Shown here piece by piece: positions 11,800 to 21,451 of a stretch of 64,000 nucleotides of DNA. The position numbers and the translations under genes were made by a program. The stretch is from Streptococcus parasanguinis (GTDB lineage: Bacteria > Bacillota > Bacilli > Lactobacillales > Streptococcaceae): positions 3,676 to 67,675 of the forward strand of contig JAGZZN010000001.1 of assembly GCA_018377375.1 (NCBI GenBank), in the 5' to 3' direction. Position 1 is the stretch's first letter. Each line of letters starts with the position of its first letter. Below the pieces are notes generated by a model that had not been told where the DNA came from, searched no databases, and worked only from the letters and a program-made list of their open reading frames with translations.

Positions 11800-12621
11800 T
11801 TATTCACTCTCCTTTAGCACATAATTTTCAATCGCCCATGCGACAGCATCTTGGTCATTGGTCACAGGGGCCACAAGCGCTGCAACTTCCTTCACTGCTG
11901 GAATCGCATTGCCCATGGCAACCCCTAGTCCAGCCCACTGGATCATAGACAGGTCATTGGCTTCATCTCCACAGGCCATGACTTGATCTGCCTTAAGGCC
12001 CAAAATAGCTGCCAGTGCCTCTAAACCTGTCGCCTTGTGAACATTTTTAGGGCACCATTCCAGCAACATTTCCCGAGATTTAAAAATTTCATAGTCTTGA
12101 AATAAGTCCGGCTTGATCTGCTTGATCGCTGCATCTAAAAAGTCTTGATCGACTGCTGTCACACACTTGTTGTAGGAAATCGTGGATGGCAGGTCTTTAA
12201 AATCTGTTTCAATAAAGTTCAGGTAGGGATTGTAAAGGGAATAGAGAGACTTTCGATCTGCATGAATCTCATAAACCGTTCCCTCACTGATAGCATCCAG
12301 CGGAAGGCCTAGACGGGCTGTTTCATCATGAATGGTTGCGACATCTTCTGCTGCCAAGACAACTTTTGAGAGGATTTCTCCATTATTTCGCTGCACTAGA
12401 CCACCGTTGAAAGTAATCGTATACTCTTCTTTGAGGCCTGCTGTTCCCAATTCTTCTAAAAGAAAATCCATGGCTTTCAAGGGACGACCAGTGGTTAGAA
12501 CCACCTTGACACCTTGGGCCTGTGCAGCAGCGAGGGCTGCTCTATTGCGAGGGGAGATCTTTTTTTCTGAATTGAGAAGGGTCCCATCTAAATCCAGCGC
12601 AATCAAGGCAATCTGACTCAT
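11800..12621 (-). CDS. Cof-type HAD-IIB hydrolase
   Basis: DLDGTLL, GDEAND motifs. Confidence 0.93.
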   Translation of the reverse strand: MSQIALIALDLDGTLLNSEKKISPRNRAALAAAQAQGVKVVLTTGRPLKAMDFLLEELGTAGLKEEYTITFNGGLVQRNNGEILSKVVLAAEDVATIHDETARLGLPLDAISEGTVYEIHADRKSLYSLYNPYLNFIETDFKDLPSTISYNKCVTAVDQDFLDAAIKQIKPDLFQDYEIFKSREMLLEWCPKNVHKATGLEALAAILGLKADQVMACGDEANDLSMIQWAGLGVAMGNAIPAVKEVAALVAPVTNDQDAVAWAIENYVLKESE

Positions 12622-13424
12622 ACAATTTCCTCCATGTAGCGTAGGACAGAACCAGTCGCATGGTGGCCGATGACTGTTTCAGCAATCGCCAAGATTTCAG
12701 GTCGTGCATTTTCTGGCGCTACAGGATGGCCCACGACTTGCATCATATGGAGGTCATTTAGGTTATCTCCGAAAGCCATCACCTGATCCATCGAGATCCC
12801 TAGTTTATCCGCTAAGGCAGTAATCGCCACTCCCTTATCGACATAATCGAGGACAATATCAATTGATTCAAAGCCTGTCGTCATCGCTTTGACACCGGGG
12901 ATATTCTCAGTGACCCATTGTTCACCTTCTAAGACCAGAGCTGCATCAAAGTTGGTGGTCAATTTGAAAATTTCATCCTGAATATCCGCTAAGCTTTTCA
13001 CTTTTTGAATATTTTCATTGTAGTGTTGACTCAAGGCCAGATAGTCGGGATCTACTGTTTCTAAGACATAGCTTCCTTTTTTCCCAGTCAAAAGCAGTTT
13101 ATTCGGGTCTGCATAAGGGGAAGCTTTCAAAGCTTCAAAAACACCCAAATAAAAGTCTTTGGACATGGTCGCTTCGTAGAGATCTTCTCCATGAAATTCT
13201 ACCACACTACCATTTTCAGCAATGAAAATCATCTGGTCTTCAAAGCCTTTAAAGAGGGATTTGAGAGAAAGGAGGGCACGGCCACTCGCAGCAGCAAAAT
13301 AGATGCCTTTTTCTTTGCAGCTTGCTAACACCTTGCGTAAAAGGTCTTGATCGTACTGATGTTGGTCATTTAGAAAGGTCCCATCCATATCCGTAGCGAT
13401 CAATTTAATATCATTATTCTTCAT
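12618..13424 (-). CDS. Cof-type HAD-IIB hydrolase
   Basis: DMDGTFL, GDNLND motifs. Confidence 0.93.
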   Translation of the reverse strand: MKNNDIKLIATDMDGTFLNDQHQYDQDLLRKVLASCKEKGIYFAAASGRALLSLKSLFKGFEDQMIFIAENGSVVEFHGEDLYEATMSKDFYLGVFEALKASPYADPNKLLLTGKKGSYVLETVDPDYLALSQHYNENIQKVKSLADIQDEIFKLTTNFDAALVLEGEQWVTENIPGVKAMTTGFESIDIVLDYVDKGVAITALADKLGISMDQVMAFGDNLNDLHMMQVVGHPVAPENARPEILAIAETVIGHHATGSVLRYMEEIV

Positions 13425-16400
13425 TTTCTAAGTCTTTCAATTTTACTGAGACGATTTTAGAAACCCCAGATTCCTGCATGGTCACACCATAGATGGAATC
13501 TGCAGCTGACATGGTCCCCTTCCGGTGCGTCACGACAATAAACTGGCTTTCCTTATCAAAGCGGTTCAAATAATCCCCAAAACGCTTGACATTGGCCTCA
13601 TCTAGAGCAGCCTCTACCTCATCCAGAATGACAAAAGGAATGGTCTTGACACGAATAATCGAGAACAAGAGAGCTAAGGCAGACAAGGCTTTTTCTCCAC
13701 CACTCATGAGGTTTAAGGATTGGATCTTTTTACCAGGTGGCTGCACAGAAATCTCAACACCAGCTGTCAGAAGATCTGGCTCTGTCAGAATCAAATCAGC
13801 AGAACCCCCACCAAACATTTGACGGAAAGTGACTTTAAAGGATTCACGAATAGCTTCAAAAGTCGATTTAAAGCGTTCCTTGACTTCGTCATTCATGTCG
13901 TTGATGGTAGACAGAAGCATGTTTTTCGCAGCCAAGACATCCTCACGCTGACTTGATAGGAAATCAAAGCGCCCCTTCACCTCATTGTACTGCTCGATCG
14001 CATCCACATTGACTGGACCAAGTGCCTTAATATCTTTTTCGATGCTCTTGAGCTGGTTTTCAGCTGCTGCAAGATTTTCAACAGGTTTAGCCTGCTCTTT
14101 GGCTTGGTCAAAGCTTTGCATGAATTCATCGGTAATTTGCGTTAAGAGCTTGTTCAAACGATCCGCATGCTTTTCACGTGTCGCTTCAGCCTTGGCTTGT
14201 TGACGAATCCACTCTTCGTTTTTCTTGCGAGCTTGCTCCATCTGTTCTGCCACATCTTCGGCCTGGCCTTCCAAATCATCCAGCTCAAAGCGTTTCCGAA
14301 TGACTCCTTGTTCCAGTTCCGTTTTCTTGGCTTGGGCCTGCGTCAATTGGTTGGCTAGCTGCTCCACATCAACTATCTGAACTTGGGCCTCGCCTTGTTC
14401 AATCAATAATTGCAACTGATGCTCTTCTACTTCCAACTGAGAGATCGTTTCTTCTAAGCGACGAACATCTGTTTGCTCATAGCTTTGTTGGCTCAACCAT
14501 TCCGTCTGTTGAAGTCGCAATTCTGCCAATTGCTCTTGCAAGTTTTGTACTTTTTGTTGCAGGACATCTTTGTCCGACTTCATGGTTTCAATGTCGCGAT
14601 TCAGATTTTCTTTTTGAAGCTCAATTTTTGCTAATTGCTCAGTAAGGGATTCCAGCTCTTCTTGGAGAGACTGGGTCGCATCTGTTGCCAATTCTGACTT
14701 CAAAGCTTCTAAGAGTTCCTGAATTTCTTTCAGTTGCTCTTGGCTTTGTTGGTAGGCCAATTGGGCCCGCTGTTGCTCTAGACGCGCTTGCTCACCTTGG
14801 CTTTGAATAGAGGCCAGGTATTCTTGCGCCTGCTTGAGCAGATTGTCCTTGGTCTCGACCTCCTGCTCTGCTTCTCTCAAACGAGCATCCAGAGCTTGCA
14901 TTTCCTGCTTCAAACTATCCAATTCTGGTTTGACAAAAACCGTATTTTGGGAACGATTGGCACCACCGGCGTAAGATCCCCCCGTCCGCAATTCGGTCCC
15001 ATCTAGGGTCACGATCCGAACTTGATAGTTGACTGTACGAGCCGCCTCACGCGCATGCTCCGTCGTGTCAAAGATGGCCGTTACTCCAAGCAAGCTTTGG
15101 AAAATCTGTTCAAAACGATGCTCATAGGTCACCAAGTCACTCGCAATTCCTAAAAATCCTGCACTGGTTTGAATCAACTCCAGATTACGAGAAGAGAGTT
15201 GACGGGCTTTGATGGTCGTTAGTGGAAGGAAAGTTGCCCGTCCCAAGCGATTGCGTTTCAAGAAATCAATCGCTCGTGTTGCGGCCTTTTCATCCTCGAC
15301 AATGATCTGTTGGCTACTAGCTCCCAGAGCAATTTCAAGCGCTGTTTGGTAGTCTTTTGAAAAACTCAAATTCTCACTAACAGCCCCGCAGATGCCTCCT
15401 AGACGGTCTGCTTCTTGTAAGACGCTCTTGACGCCTGCATAGAAGTTACTATGGTTCTTCTGAATGGCTTCCAAGCTATTGATCCGCGCCCGTTTGTTCT
15501 TGCTCTCATCCATCAAGTCAAACATGGCCGTTTGAGCCTCTTGGTAGGCAGCTTTGGCCTGCTCCACTTTTACCAATTGATTTTGGTATTCTGCTAATAG
15601 GCCTTTGACCGTCGCTTGTGCCTGATCCAACTCTTCCAATTGGCGAACTTCTTTTTCCTTGGCAGCTTCAAAATTGGATTGCGCCTTGATCAAGTCCTCT
15701 TGACGATGGCTAGATTCTTGCAGGAGTGCTTGGATCCGGCTCTCAATAGCTGTCCGCTCATTAGATTTTTCAGCTTCTGTCTGTAAGAGCTCCACATACT
15801 GCTCACGTAGATGCTCAATGACTTGTTCCGGATCTTCTTCATAGTTGGCTAATTCTTTTTCCAGCTTTTCTTGTTGCTGCCGGTTCTCTGTCAGTCTTTG
15901 TTGAAGCACAGCTAGTGTCTCTTGTTTTTGAGCCAGCTCTTGTTTCGCTTCTTCCAGGCGGGCCAAAACAGCATCCAATCGCTCTAAATTTTCCTTGCGA
16001 CTATGGGCTGCTTGACTCGATTGCAGCTTAGCCACTTCGATTTGCTTTTCCAAATCACTGATCAAACGAGTAACCTCAAGTAAGCTGGCCTGGTCCTCAG
16101 CTAAGCTCTCATCCAACTGATGACGGGCTTTCTTGATGCGTACATTATCTTCTTCTAAGACCTGACGACGTTGGTAATAAGAAGCCAACTCTTCTTGAAT
16201 GGCCTTTTCTTCTTGATCAGCCTTTTCATAAAGGTCCTTTGTCAAATCAACTTGAGCAACTAAAACATCCAGCAAGAGAACCTGCCGTTCTTGGTCTAAT
16301 TCCAAGAAACGGCGAGCGACAGTCGCTTGCTTTTCAAGAGGTTGGATCTGTCCTTCTAATTCATAGAGGATGTCCTCCAGACGGTCCAAATTCTCCTGGG

Positions 16401-16950
16401 TTTGATTCAGCTTGGTCTCAGTTTCCTTGCGCCGAGTCTTAAATTTCAAGACACCAGCAGCTTCTTCAAAGATAGCCCGGCGTTCTTCCGGTTTGGAGTT
16501 GAAGATCTCCTCTACCCGTCCTTGGGAGATAATGGAGAAGGAATCACGTCCCAATCCCGTATCCATGAACAAATCATGCACATCTCTGAGACGTACTTTC
16601 TTACCATCGATCTTGTACTCGCTGTCTCCCGATCGATAAATATGGCGTTCGACACGAATTTCTTTACCTGCCTGCTGGATAAAACCATCCTGGTTATCTA
16701 AGACAACTGTGACACAGGCATAATTCAGCGGTTTACGCGATTCTGTCCCTGCAAAGATCACATCGGGCATCTTGCCCCCACGTAGACTCTTGACACTGGA
16801 TTCCCCTAAGGCCCAACGCAAGCTCTCCGTGATATTTGATTTTCCAGATCCATTAGGCCCTACAACAGCAGTAACCCCCTTGTCGAACACGACTTTTGTC
16901 TTATCTGCAAAGGATTTAAAGCCTTGGATTTCAATCTCTTTTAGATACAT
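13414..16950 (-). CDS. smc: Chromosome segregation protein SMC
   Basis: GPNGSGKSN Walker A, hinge [13 protein letters not shown] signature, LDEVEAALD. Confidence 0.98.
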   Translation of the reverse strand: MYLKEIEIQGFKSFADKTKVVFDKGVTAVVGPNGSGKSNITESLRWALGESSVKSLRGGKMPDVIFAGTESRKPLNYACVTVVLDNQDGFIQQAGKEIRVERHIYRSGDSEYKIDGKKVRLRDVHDLFMDTGLGRDSFSIISQGRVEEIFNSKPEERRAIFEEAAGVLKFKTRRKETETKLNQTQENLDRLEDILYELEGQIQPLEKQATVARRFLELDQERQVLLLDVLVAQVDLTKDLYEKADQEEKAIQEELASYYQRRQVLEEDNVRIKKARHQLDESLAEDQASLLEVTRLISDLEKQIEVAKLQSSQAAHSRKENLERLDAVLARLEEAKQELAQKQETLAVLQQRLTENRQQQEKLEKELANYEEDPEQVIEHLREQYVELLQTEAEKSNERTAIESRIQALLQESSHRQEDLIKAQSNFEAAKEKEVRQLEELDQAQATVKGLLAEYQNQLVKVEQAKAAYQEAQTAMFDLMDESKNKRARINSLEAIQKNHSNFYAGVKSVLQEADRLGGICGAVSENLSFSKDYQTALEIALGASSQQIIVEDEKAATRAIDFLKRNRLGRATFLPLTTIKARQLSSRNLELIQTSAGFLGIASDLVTYEHRFEQIFQSLLGVTAIFDTTEHAREAARTVNYQVRIVTLDGTELRTGGSYAGGANRSQNTVFVKPELDSLKQEMQALDARLREAEQEVETKDNLLKQAQEYLASIQSQGEQARLEQQRAQLAYQQSQEQLKEIQELLEALKSELATDATQSLQEELESLTEQLAKIELQKENLNRDIETMKSDKDVLQQKVQNLQEQLAELRLQQTEWLSQQSYEQTDVRRLEETISQLEVEEHQLQLLIEQGEAQVQIVDVEQLANQLTQAQAKKTELEQGVIRKRFELDDLEGQAEDVAEQMEQARKKNEEWIRQQAKAEATREKHADRLNKLLTQITDEFMQSFDQAKEQAKPVENLAAAENQLKSIEKDIKALGPVNVDAIEQYNEVKGRFDFLSSQREDVLAAKNMLLSTINDMNDEVKERFKSTFEAIRESFKVTFRQMFGGGSADLILTEPDLLTAGVEISVQPPGKKIQSLNLMSGGEKALSALALLFSIIRVKTIPFVILDEVEAALDEANVKRFGDYLNRFDKESQFIVVTHRKGTMSAADSIYGVTMQESGVSKIVSVKLKDLENEE

Positions 16951-17642
16951 GGCCCATCATTCCTCGTTTCAACTGCATTGCGGGCTGCTTCCTGCTCCGC
17001 TAACTTCTTGGAACGACCATGACCACGTCCCATCGTTTTACCGTTCACAAACACTTCCACTTCAAACTCTTTGGCATGAGCAGGACCGGACTCGCTGACC
17101 ACTTGGTACTGGATCTCCACATCCCCATGAACCTGCAACAGTTCTTGTAAACGAGTCTTATAGTCAATGACTTGAGAAAATTGACCCGTTTCAACCTTGG
17201 GAATCATGACCTGATTGATGAAGCGTTTGACCGCTTCCACACCTTGATCCAGTAAAAGAGCACCTAAAAAGGCTTCAAATAAGTCACCAAGAATCGTATC
17301 ACGGTCCCGGCCACCAGATTTTTCTTCGCCTTTGCCTAGTTTGATGAAATGGTCAAATTGGCAATCTCGAGAAAAACCAGCCAGACTTTCTTCACGGACA
17401 ATCATAGAACGGAATTTGGACAAATCTCCCTCCGGTCTGTTTGGGTGTTCCTTATACAAATATTCGGAAATAACTAATTGAAGAACAGCGTCTCCTAAAA
17501 ATTCCAAACGTTCGTTATGTGAAATTTTTAAGAGGCGGTGCTCATTGGCATAAGAGGTGTGCGTAAAAGCTGTATCTAATAAACTGCTATCTGAAAAAAC
17601 GATCTGAAACCGTTCCGATAACAGGGCTTGTAATTTCTCCAT
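16941..17642 (-). CDS. rnc: Ribonuclease III
   Basis: [12 protein letters not shown] signature, C-terminal dsRBD. Confidence 0.97.
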   Translation of the reverse strand: MEKLQALLSERFQIVFSDSSLLDTAFTHTSYANEHRLLKISHNERLEFLGDAVLQLVISEYLYKEHPNRPEGDLSKFRSMIVREESLAGFSRDCQFDHFIKLGKGEEKSGGRDRDTILGDLFEAFLGALLLDQGVEAVKRFINQVMIPKVETGQFSQVIDYKTRLQELLQVHGDVEIQYQVVSESGPAHAKEFEVEVFVNGKTMGRGHGRSKKLAEQEAARNAVETRNDGPCI

Positions 17643-17943
17643 GGGAAGCCTACTTTCTAATAAATTCATACTCTTAAGTATACCAAAATTTTAATACGAT
17701 TACCATTAGATATCCATTAGATACGGTTAGTTGATTCACTATGTTTTAGGTGTGTTTGGATATCGCTCAAATAAGTTGAATACCACGTTTTGTAAATTTA
17801 CTCCATGAATTTTAACTTTCTTCAACTGGCGCATTTCTATATCTTACCAACTTAACTCCCATTCCTTATAGTAGGTTTTATTTCTTAACCTCCTTATTTT
17901 TTACCCCTTTCTGATATAATAGTCACAGAAAGGAGGGCTTTAT

Positions 17944-18468
17944 ATGCCTTTTACTGAACTTGAAGTCCAAACTTGGACATTGTATACAACTGTGGTTATT
18001 GCTCTAGTGGGGTTCTTTTTTAACATTGTATCCCTTCATCGTACAAAGCGAGCCGAGGAAGATATGGCTAGGCCATATGTAAATGTCTTTGTCGATTTAT
18101 TTGAAATAAAGGACCGACAAAGAGTTTATGTTATTAAAAATTTCGGAAAGACACCTGCCTACATTACCGACATAACTGTCCATGGGAATCTAGGTATCTA
18201 TAATCAGCATAATTTTAAATCTCTTGTAGGAAATATGATTGCTCCTGGTCAAAAATTCACTTCTAATATTGAAGATGATTTTAAAGGATCATCGAAAATC
18301 ACGATTTCATACAGAGATAACAATAGGAAAGTATACCAAGATACTTTTACACTGGATACAAATATAGGTTTGACTATGTCATACACTTTAAATGAATCTA
18401 ACAAAACAGATGAGATTCCAAGTACTATAAGACAATCTACAATGGCGCTGTTACGTGCGTTTCGCTAA
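17944..18468 (+). CDS. Phage-associated hypothetical protein, single N-terminal TM plus beta-rich domain
   Basis: Extended -10 TGaTATAAT at 17912-17920, aaggaggg RBS, intact 174 aa ORF. Confidence 0.8.
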   Translation: MPFTELEVQTWTLYTTVVIALVGFFFNIVSLHRTKRAEEDMARPYVNVFVDLFEIKDRQRVYVIKNFGKTPAYITDITVHGNLGIYNQHNFKSLVGNMIAPGQKFTSNIEDDFKGSSKITISYRDNNRKVYQDTFTLDTNIGLTMSYTLNESNKTDEIPSTIRQSTMALLRAFR

Positions 18469-18499
18469 TTTTAGTTCCATTGTCATAATGAACTACAGT

Positions 18500-18643
18500 T
18501 CAAACATCTCCACTTGTTTTAATATTGATATGTACTTTTTCATCGTCAAGCGTGTTGGCGATGATTTTATTTTTTGCGTCGATAGCATCATTAATATTAT
18601 TTGCATAAATTTCATATACAATATCAACATTTGCATTAGCCAT
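18500..18643 (-). CDS. Small phage hypothetical protein (47 aa, MANANVDIVYEIYANN...)
   Basis: aggaggtg RBS overlapping the HTH stop; manual translation. Confidence 0.55.
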   Translation of the reverse strand: MANANVDIVYEIYANNINDAIDAKNKIIANTLDDEKVHINIKTSGDV

Positions 18644-18657
18644 GTAATTTTCACCTC

Positions 18658-18843
18658 CTATCTAAATTCGTCCAAGCTGACCTCTAGTGCATCAGCTAAT
18701 TTGCACATATTCGTCCAAGACATCTCTTTCAATTTTCCAGCCTTTAAGTTAGAAAAATTCGATTGAGAAATACCTGACTTTTTAGCTAGTCGATACACCG
18801 ACCAGCCCCTTGATTTTAATTGTTGTTCAATCTTTTCCTACAT
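18658..18843 (-). pseudogene. XRE/Cro-like HTH regulator with nonsense codon at position 2
   Basis: Reads ATG TAG then EKIEQQLKSRGWSVYRLAKKSGISQSNFSNLKAGKLKEMSWTNMCKLADALEVSLDEFR. Confidence 0.8.
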
Positions 18844-18848
18844 TTTAA

Positions 18849-18906
18849 ACACTATATGTTGTGTATGCGCAACATATTTAATCCTTTTTATCACTATATA
18901 TTGAAA
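18849..18906. promoter_or_regulatory. Putative tandem NrdR boxes (18849-18864, 18891-18906), the second overlapping the -35 of a TTGAAA-17-TATAAT promoter
   Basis: acactatatgttgtgt and tcactatatattgaaa vs consensus acaCwAtATaTwGtgt; 42 bp apart. Confidence 0.6.
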
Positions 18907-18989
18907 AACAAAAGCTTTTACATTATAATGTATCTTGGCTAAGGCCTCTCACAGTTTTAGTCAAGATTTCAATGGAAAGGAGAAACACT

Positions 18990-19208
18990 ATGTCAAAATT
19001 ACGACCTAGACCTCAAAAGAATTATCCTAACTATAACTGGGATGATTTAGATCGCACCATTCAAACAATTCTAAGCGATCCATTATATAAGGTTTGTCAC
19101 ATAGATCCATCGCTTTATGCAATTCCTAAAGATGAAATTATTTCCGAGTGCATAAGTGCAGGTTATACAGTTGAAGAATGTGAAGATGGAATTCTGAATA
19201 TTTCGTGA
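18990..19208 (+). CDS. Small acidic phage-associated hypothetical protein (72 aa, MSKLRPRPQKNYPNY...)
   Basis: Consensus-like promoter 18901-18929, aaaggag RBS before ATG at 18990. Confidence 0.75.
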   Translation: MSKLRPRPQKNYPNYNWDDLDRTIQTILSDPLYKVCHIDPSLYAIPKDEIISECISAGYTVEECEDGILNIS

Positions 19209-19321
19209 CTTGCCAAATTGGCTGCTTTTACTTCAAGAGCGCTAATTCTTGTTAGTAAGTCTATCGACACCTCGATAGGCTTTTTTCTTTTTCCGCTATA
19301 CGGATATCGTTTAGGTTTCAT
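19163..19321 (-). CDS. Small phage protein (52 aa, MKPKRYPYSGKRKK...)
   Basis: N-terminus typical of streptococcal phage early-region micro-ORFs; aaggtgaaag RBS. Confidence 0.6.
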   Translation of the reverse strand: MKPKRYPYSGKRKKPIEVSIDLLTRISALEVKAANLASHEIFRIPSSHSSTV

Positions 19322-19396
19322 TCTTTCACCTTCTTATTATTTAATTCCCTATCGTTATTTGGTATAATAAACTAAAAACGATTGGGGTTAGTATTT

Positions 19397-20047
19397 ATGT
19401 CTGATAAAGTTTGTTTCATTATAAGCGCAATTGGGGAATCTGGTACTCCCACAAGAGAACGGGCTGACAAAGTATATAAATACCTTATTGCTCCAGTTTG
19501 CGAAGATTTAGGTTATAAACCGATTCGCGTTGACCATGTCAATGCAGTAGACAATATCAATGAAACGATTATAAACTACCTAAAAACTGCTCATATGGTT
19601 GTTGCGGATATGACAGAACACAATCCAAATGCATTTTACGAACTAGGTTTTAGACAAGCGCTAGAGCTTCCGCTTGTACCGATCATAGAATCTGGTGGAA
19701 AACTTCCTTTTGATGTCATCACGACCCGTACTACTTTTTATGATACAGATGTGTCAAGAATCGAAGAATCAAAAGTTGACCTCAAATCTAAAATGCAAAG
19801 TTTTGAAAACTTTAAAATGCCTATTAGCCGTCTTGACAAAGCTACAACTCTCGAATCTATTGATAAAAAGTTAAATCAAAAGTTAGATAAAATTTTATCA
19901 TTGCTAGAACGTTCAGATTACAATCTGATCACATCTAATACTTTACGTTTTCGAGATTCTGATTATAAAGAAAATGGTCTTATTTTATCGAGCATTAAGG
20001 GTCTTGATCTTTTGCATCAAGAACACCACGAAGATAAAAATAGCTAG
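19397..20047 (+). CDS. Nucleoside 2-deoxyribosyltransferase-like (NDT/TIR-like fold) domain protein
   Basis: CFIISAIG...VVADMTEHNPNAFYELGFRQAL...LPFDV motif; extended -10 TGgTATAAT at 19360-19368. Confidence 0.75.
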   Translation: MSDKVCFIISAIGESGTPTRERADKVYKYLIAPVCEDLGYKPIRVDHVNAVDNINETIINYLKTAHMVVADMTEHNPNAFYELGFRQALELPLVPIIESGGKLPFDVITTRTTFYDTDVSRIEESKVDLKSKMQSFENFKMPISRLDKATTLESIDKKLNQKLDKILSLLERSDYNLITSNTLRFRDSDYKENGLILSSIKGLDLLHQEHHEDKNS

Positions 20048-20152
20048 ATCTTGTTGACGTTGTAATTCAATGATTTCTTCAAACCTTTTATTAATTAGTG
20101 TAACAGTCCTCAACACTTCATTGATGGCTGTTTTTTCTACTTCATTTGCCAT
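19985..20152 (-). CDS. Small phage hypothetical protein (55 aa, MANEVEKTAINEVLRTVT...)
   Basis: agaggtg RBS; phage-type micro-ORF; the tail may be frameshifted. Confidence 0.5.
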   Translation of the reverse strand: MANEVEKTAINEVLRTVTLINKRFEEIIELQRQQDLAIFIFVVFLMQKIKTLNAR

Positions 20153-20157
20153 TTTTT

Positions 20158-20268
20158 CTACACCTCTTTTTCAATTTTTGATTCAAGCGCTCGCAGTTCA
20201 ATTTCGTGAGCAACGTTGGCCATTAATTTCATGCATTTGGCTTTTTCCTTCACTGTAAGTTTCAGATA
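20158..20268 (-). pseudogene. 3' fragment of a small phage gene (...KCMKLMANVAHEIELRALESKIEKEV)
   Basis: HEIELRALES motif recalled from streptococcal phage proteins; appears 5'-truncated at the remnant edge. Confidence 0.5.
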
Positions 20269-20327
20269 CCAAAAAAGAAGCACGAACGCACTTCTTTTCC
20301 TAGTTCTAGGGCCTGAATTCTCTATTT

Positions 20328-20714
20328 TTACTCAGGATGTTCTTCTGTTGGTTTTTCAGGCTTATTGGGAATCACTTTTAAGAGATAAAAGGTGATAAAA
20401 ATCGTCAAAGCTCCTAAAGCAAGCTTCACCCAAATAATCGGGGCCAGATAGATGGAAATGCCCATCAGAATGTAGATCTGAAGAAGGATCCATTTCTTCC
20501 GTTCTTTGGCAATCGATTTGGTCTCTCGGTAATCCGCTACATAGGTTTGATAAAGCTTGGTTTGGTAAAGCCAAGTTTCAAAGCGTTTGGAACTTTTAGC
20601 AAAGCAAGCCATGGACAGCAATAAAAAGGGGGTTGTCGGTAAAATTGGCAATGGAATCCCAATAATTCCTAGTCCCAATGATATAAAACCAATCGTAAGA
20701 TAAACAAGGCGCAT
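20328..20714 (-). CDS. YbaN family (DUF454) membrane protein
   Basis: GIIGIPLPILPTTPFLLL motif. Confidence 0.9.
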   Translation of the reverse strand: MRLVYLTIGFISLGLGIIGIPLPILPTTPFLLLSMACFAKSSKRFETWLYQTKLYQTYVADYRETKSIAKERKKWILLQIYILMGISIYLAPIIWVKLALGALTIFITFYLLKVIPNKPEKPTEEHPE

Positions 20715-20747
20715 TTACTTCTCCTTTGTATGTTTCTTGTTTCATAA

Positions 20748-21293
20748 TCACTCTACAGTGTTCACATCTGACATTAGAAGCTTCATCTTAGATGGATCTG
20801 ACATTCCATCCACAATATTCTGTTGTTCCTCATTTAATGGCAATAATATTATAGTTGCTGTATGAGAAGGTAATTCCCCACTATCCTTGATAAAATAGCT
20901 AACCTTTTGATTCTCAAAAATAGCCTTTCCATCATAAGACCAGGTAATTGAAAAGTTCAAATCTTTCTTGATATCTACATCTGTCTTATTGACCAGCATG
21001 AGTGCCGCCCTGCCATCTGAAACAGCCCCGGTAAAATAGATCGCCATATTCCCCTCGCTACCAACTTCAGGATGTTCTTTAACCAATTTCTTCCCTAACT
21101 CAATAAGATCAGACGTCTTTCCTTCATTTTGAGGGGCCACCACAAATTTCAATTCTTTTTCTTTTTTAGAAGACTCTGATACTTTTGTTTCCTTCGCCGT
21201 TTGAGTGGAGGTTGACTCTTTCGTATCTTGCTTAGACTGACTACAAGCTGTTAAAGCAACTAAACTTGCCAGTAATAACATCATCTTTTTCAT
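20748..21293 (-). CDS. Hypothetical lipoprotein
   Basis: MKK + hydrophobic stretch + LTAC lipobox, Ser/Thr/Lys linker. Confidence 0.8.
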   Translation of the reverse strand: MKKMMLLLASLVALTACSQSKQDTKESTSTQTAKETKVSESSKKEKELKFVVAPQNEGKTSDLIELGKKLVKEHPEVGSEGNMAIYFTGAVSDGRAALMLVNKTDVDIKKDLNFSITWSYDGKAIFENQKVSYFIKDSGELPSHTATIILLPLNEEQQNIVDGMSDPSKMKLLMSDVNTVE

Positions 21294-21451
21294 TTTTCAT
21301 TTCTCCTCTTCTTTGATTGTACAAAACGTGACTCTCATTCAGAATTCGCTCTTTCTTATCATACACAAATTTAGGGCAAAGAGCAAATTCATCACTAAAT
21401 GAAAGGATTTTAATCAGAAATCAAAAAACCACCCGTAGGTGGTTCTCTATC

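Larger units (their letters stand above)
17700..20268. mobile_element. Degenerate prophage remnant (early/lysogeny-adjacent region); no integrase or att repeats seen
   Basis: AT-rich; string of tiny minus-strand genes of streptococcal-phage type (MKPKRYPYSG..., XRE HTH, ...HEIELRALES) interleaved with plus-strand cargo; boundaries approximate. Confidence 0.8.

Noticed and set aside
17701..17724. ccattagata tandem duplication at the remnant edge
   Set aside because: Too short, and no matching copy seen at the other boundary, so not called an att site.
18455..18766. 103-aa Ile-rich plus-strand ORF
   Set aside because: Opposite strand holds the HTH pseudogene and a micro-ORF with a good RBS; this frame has none.
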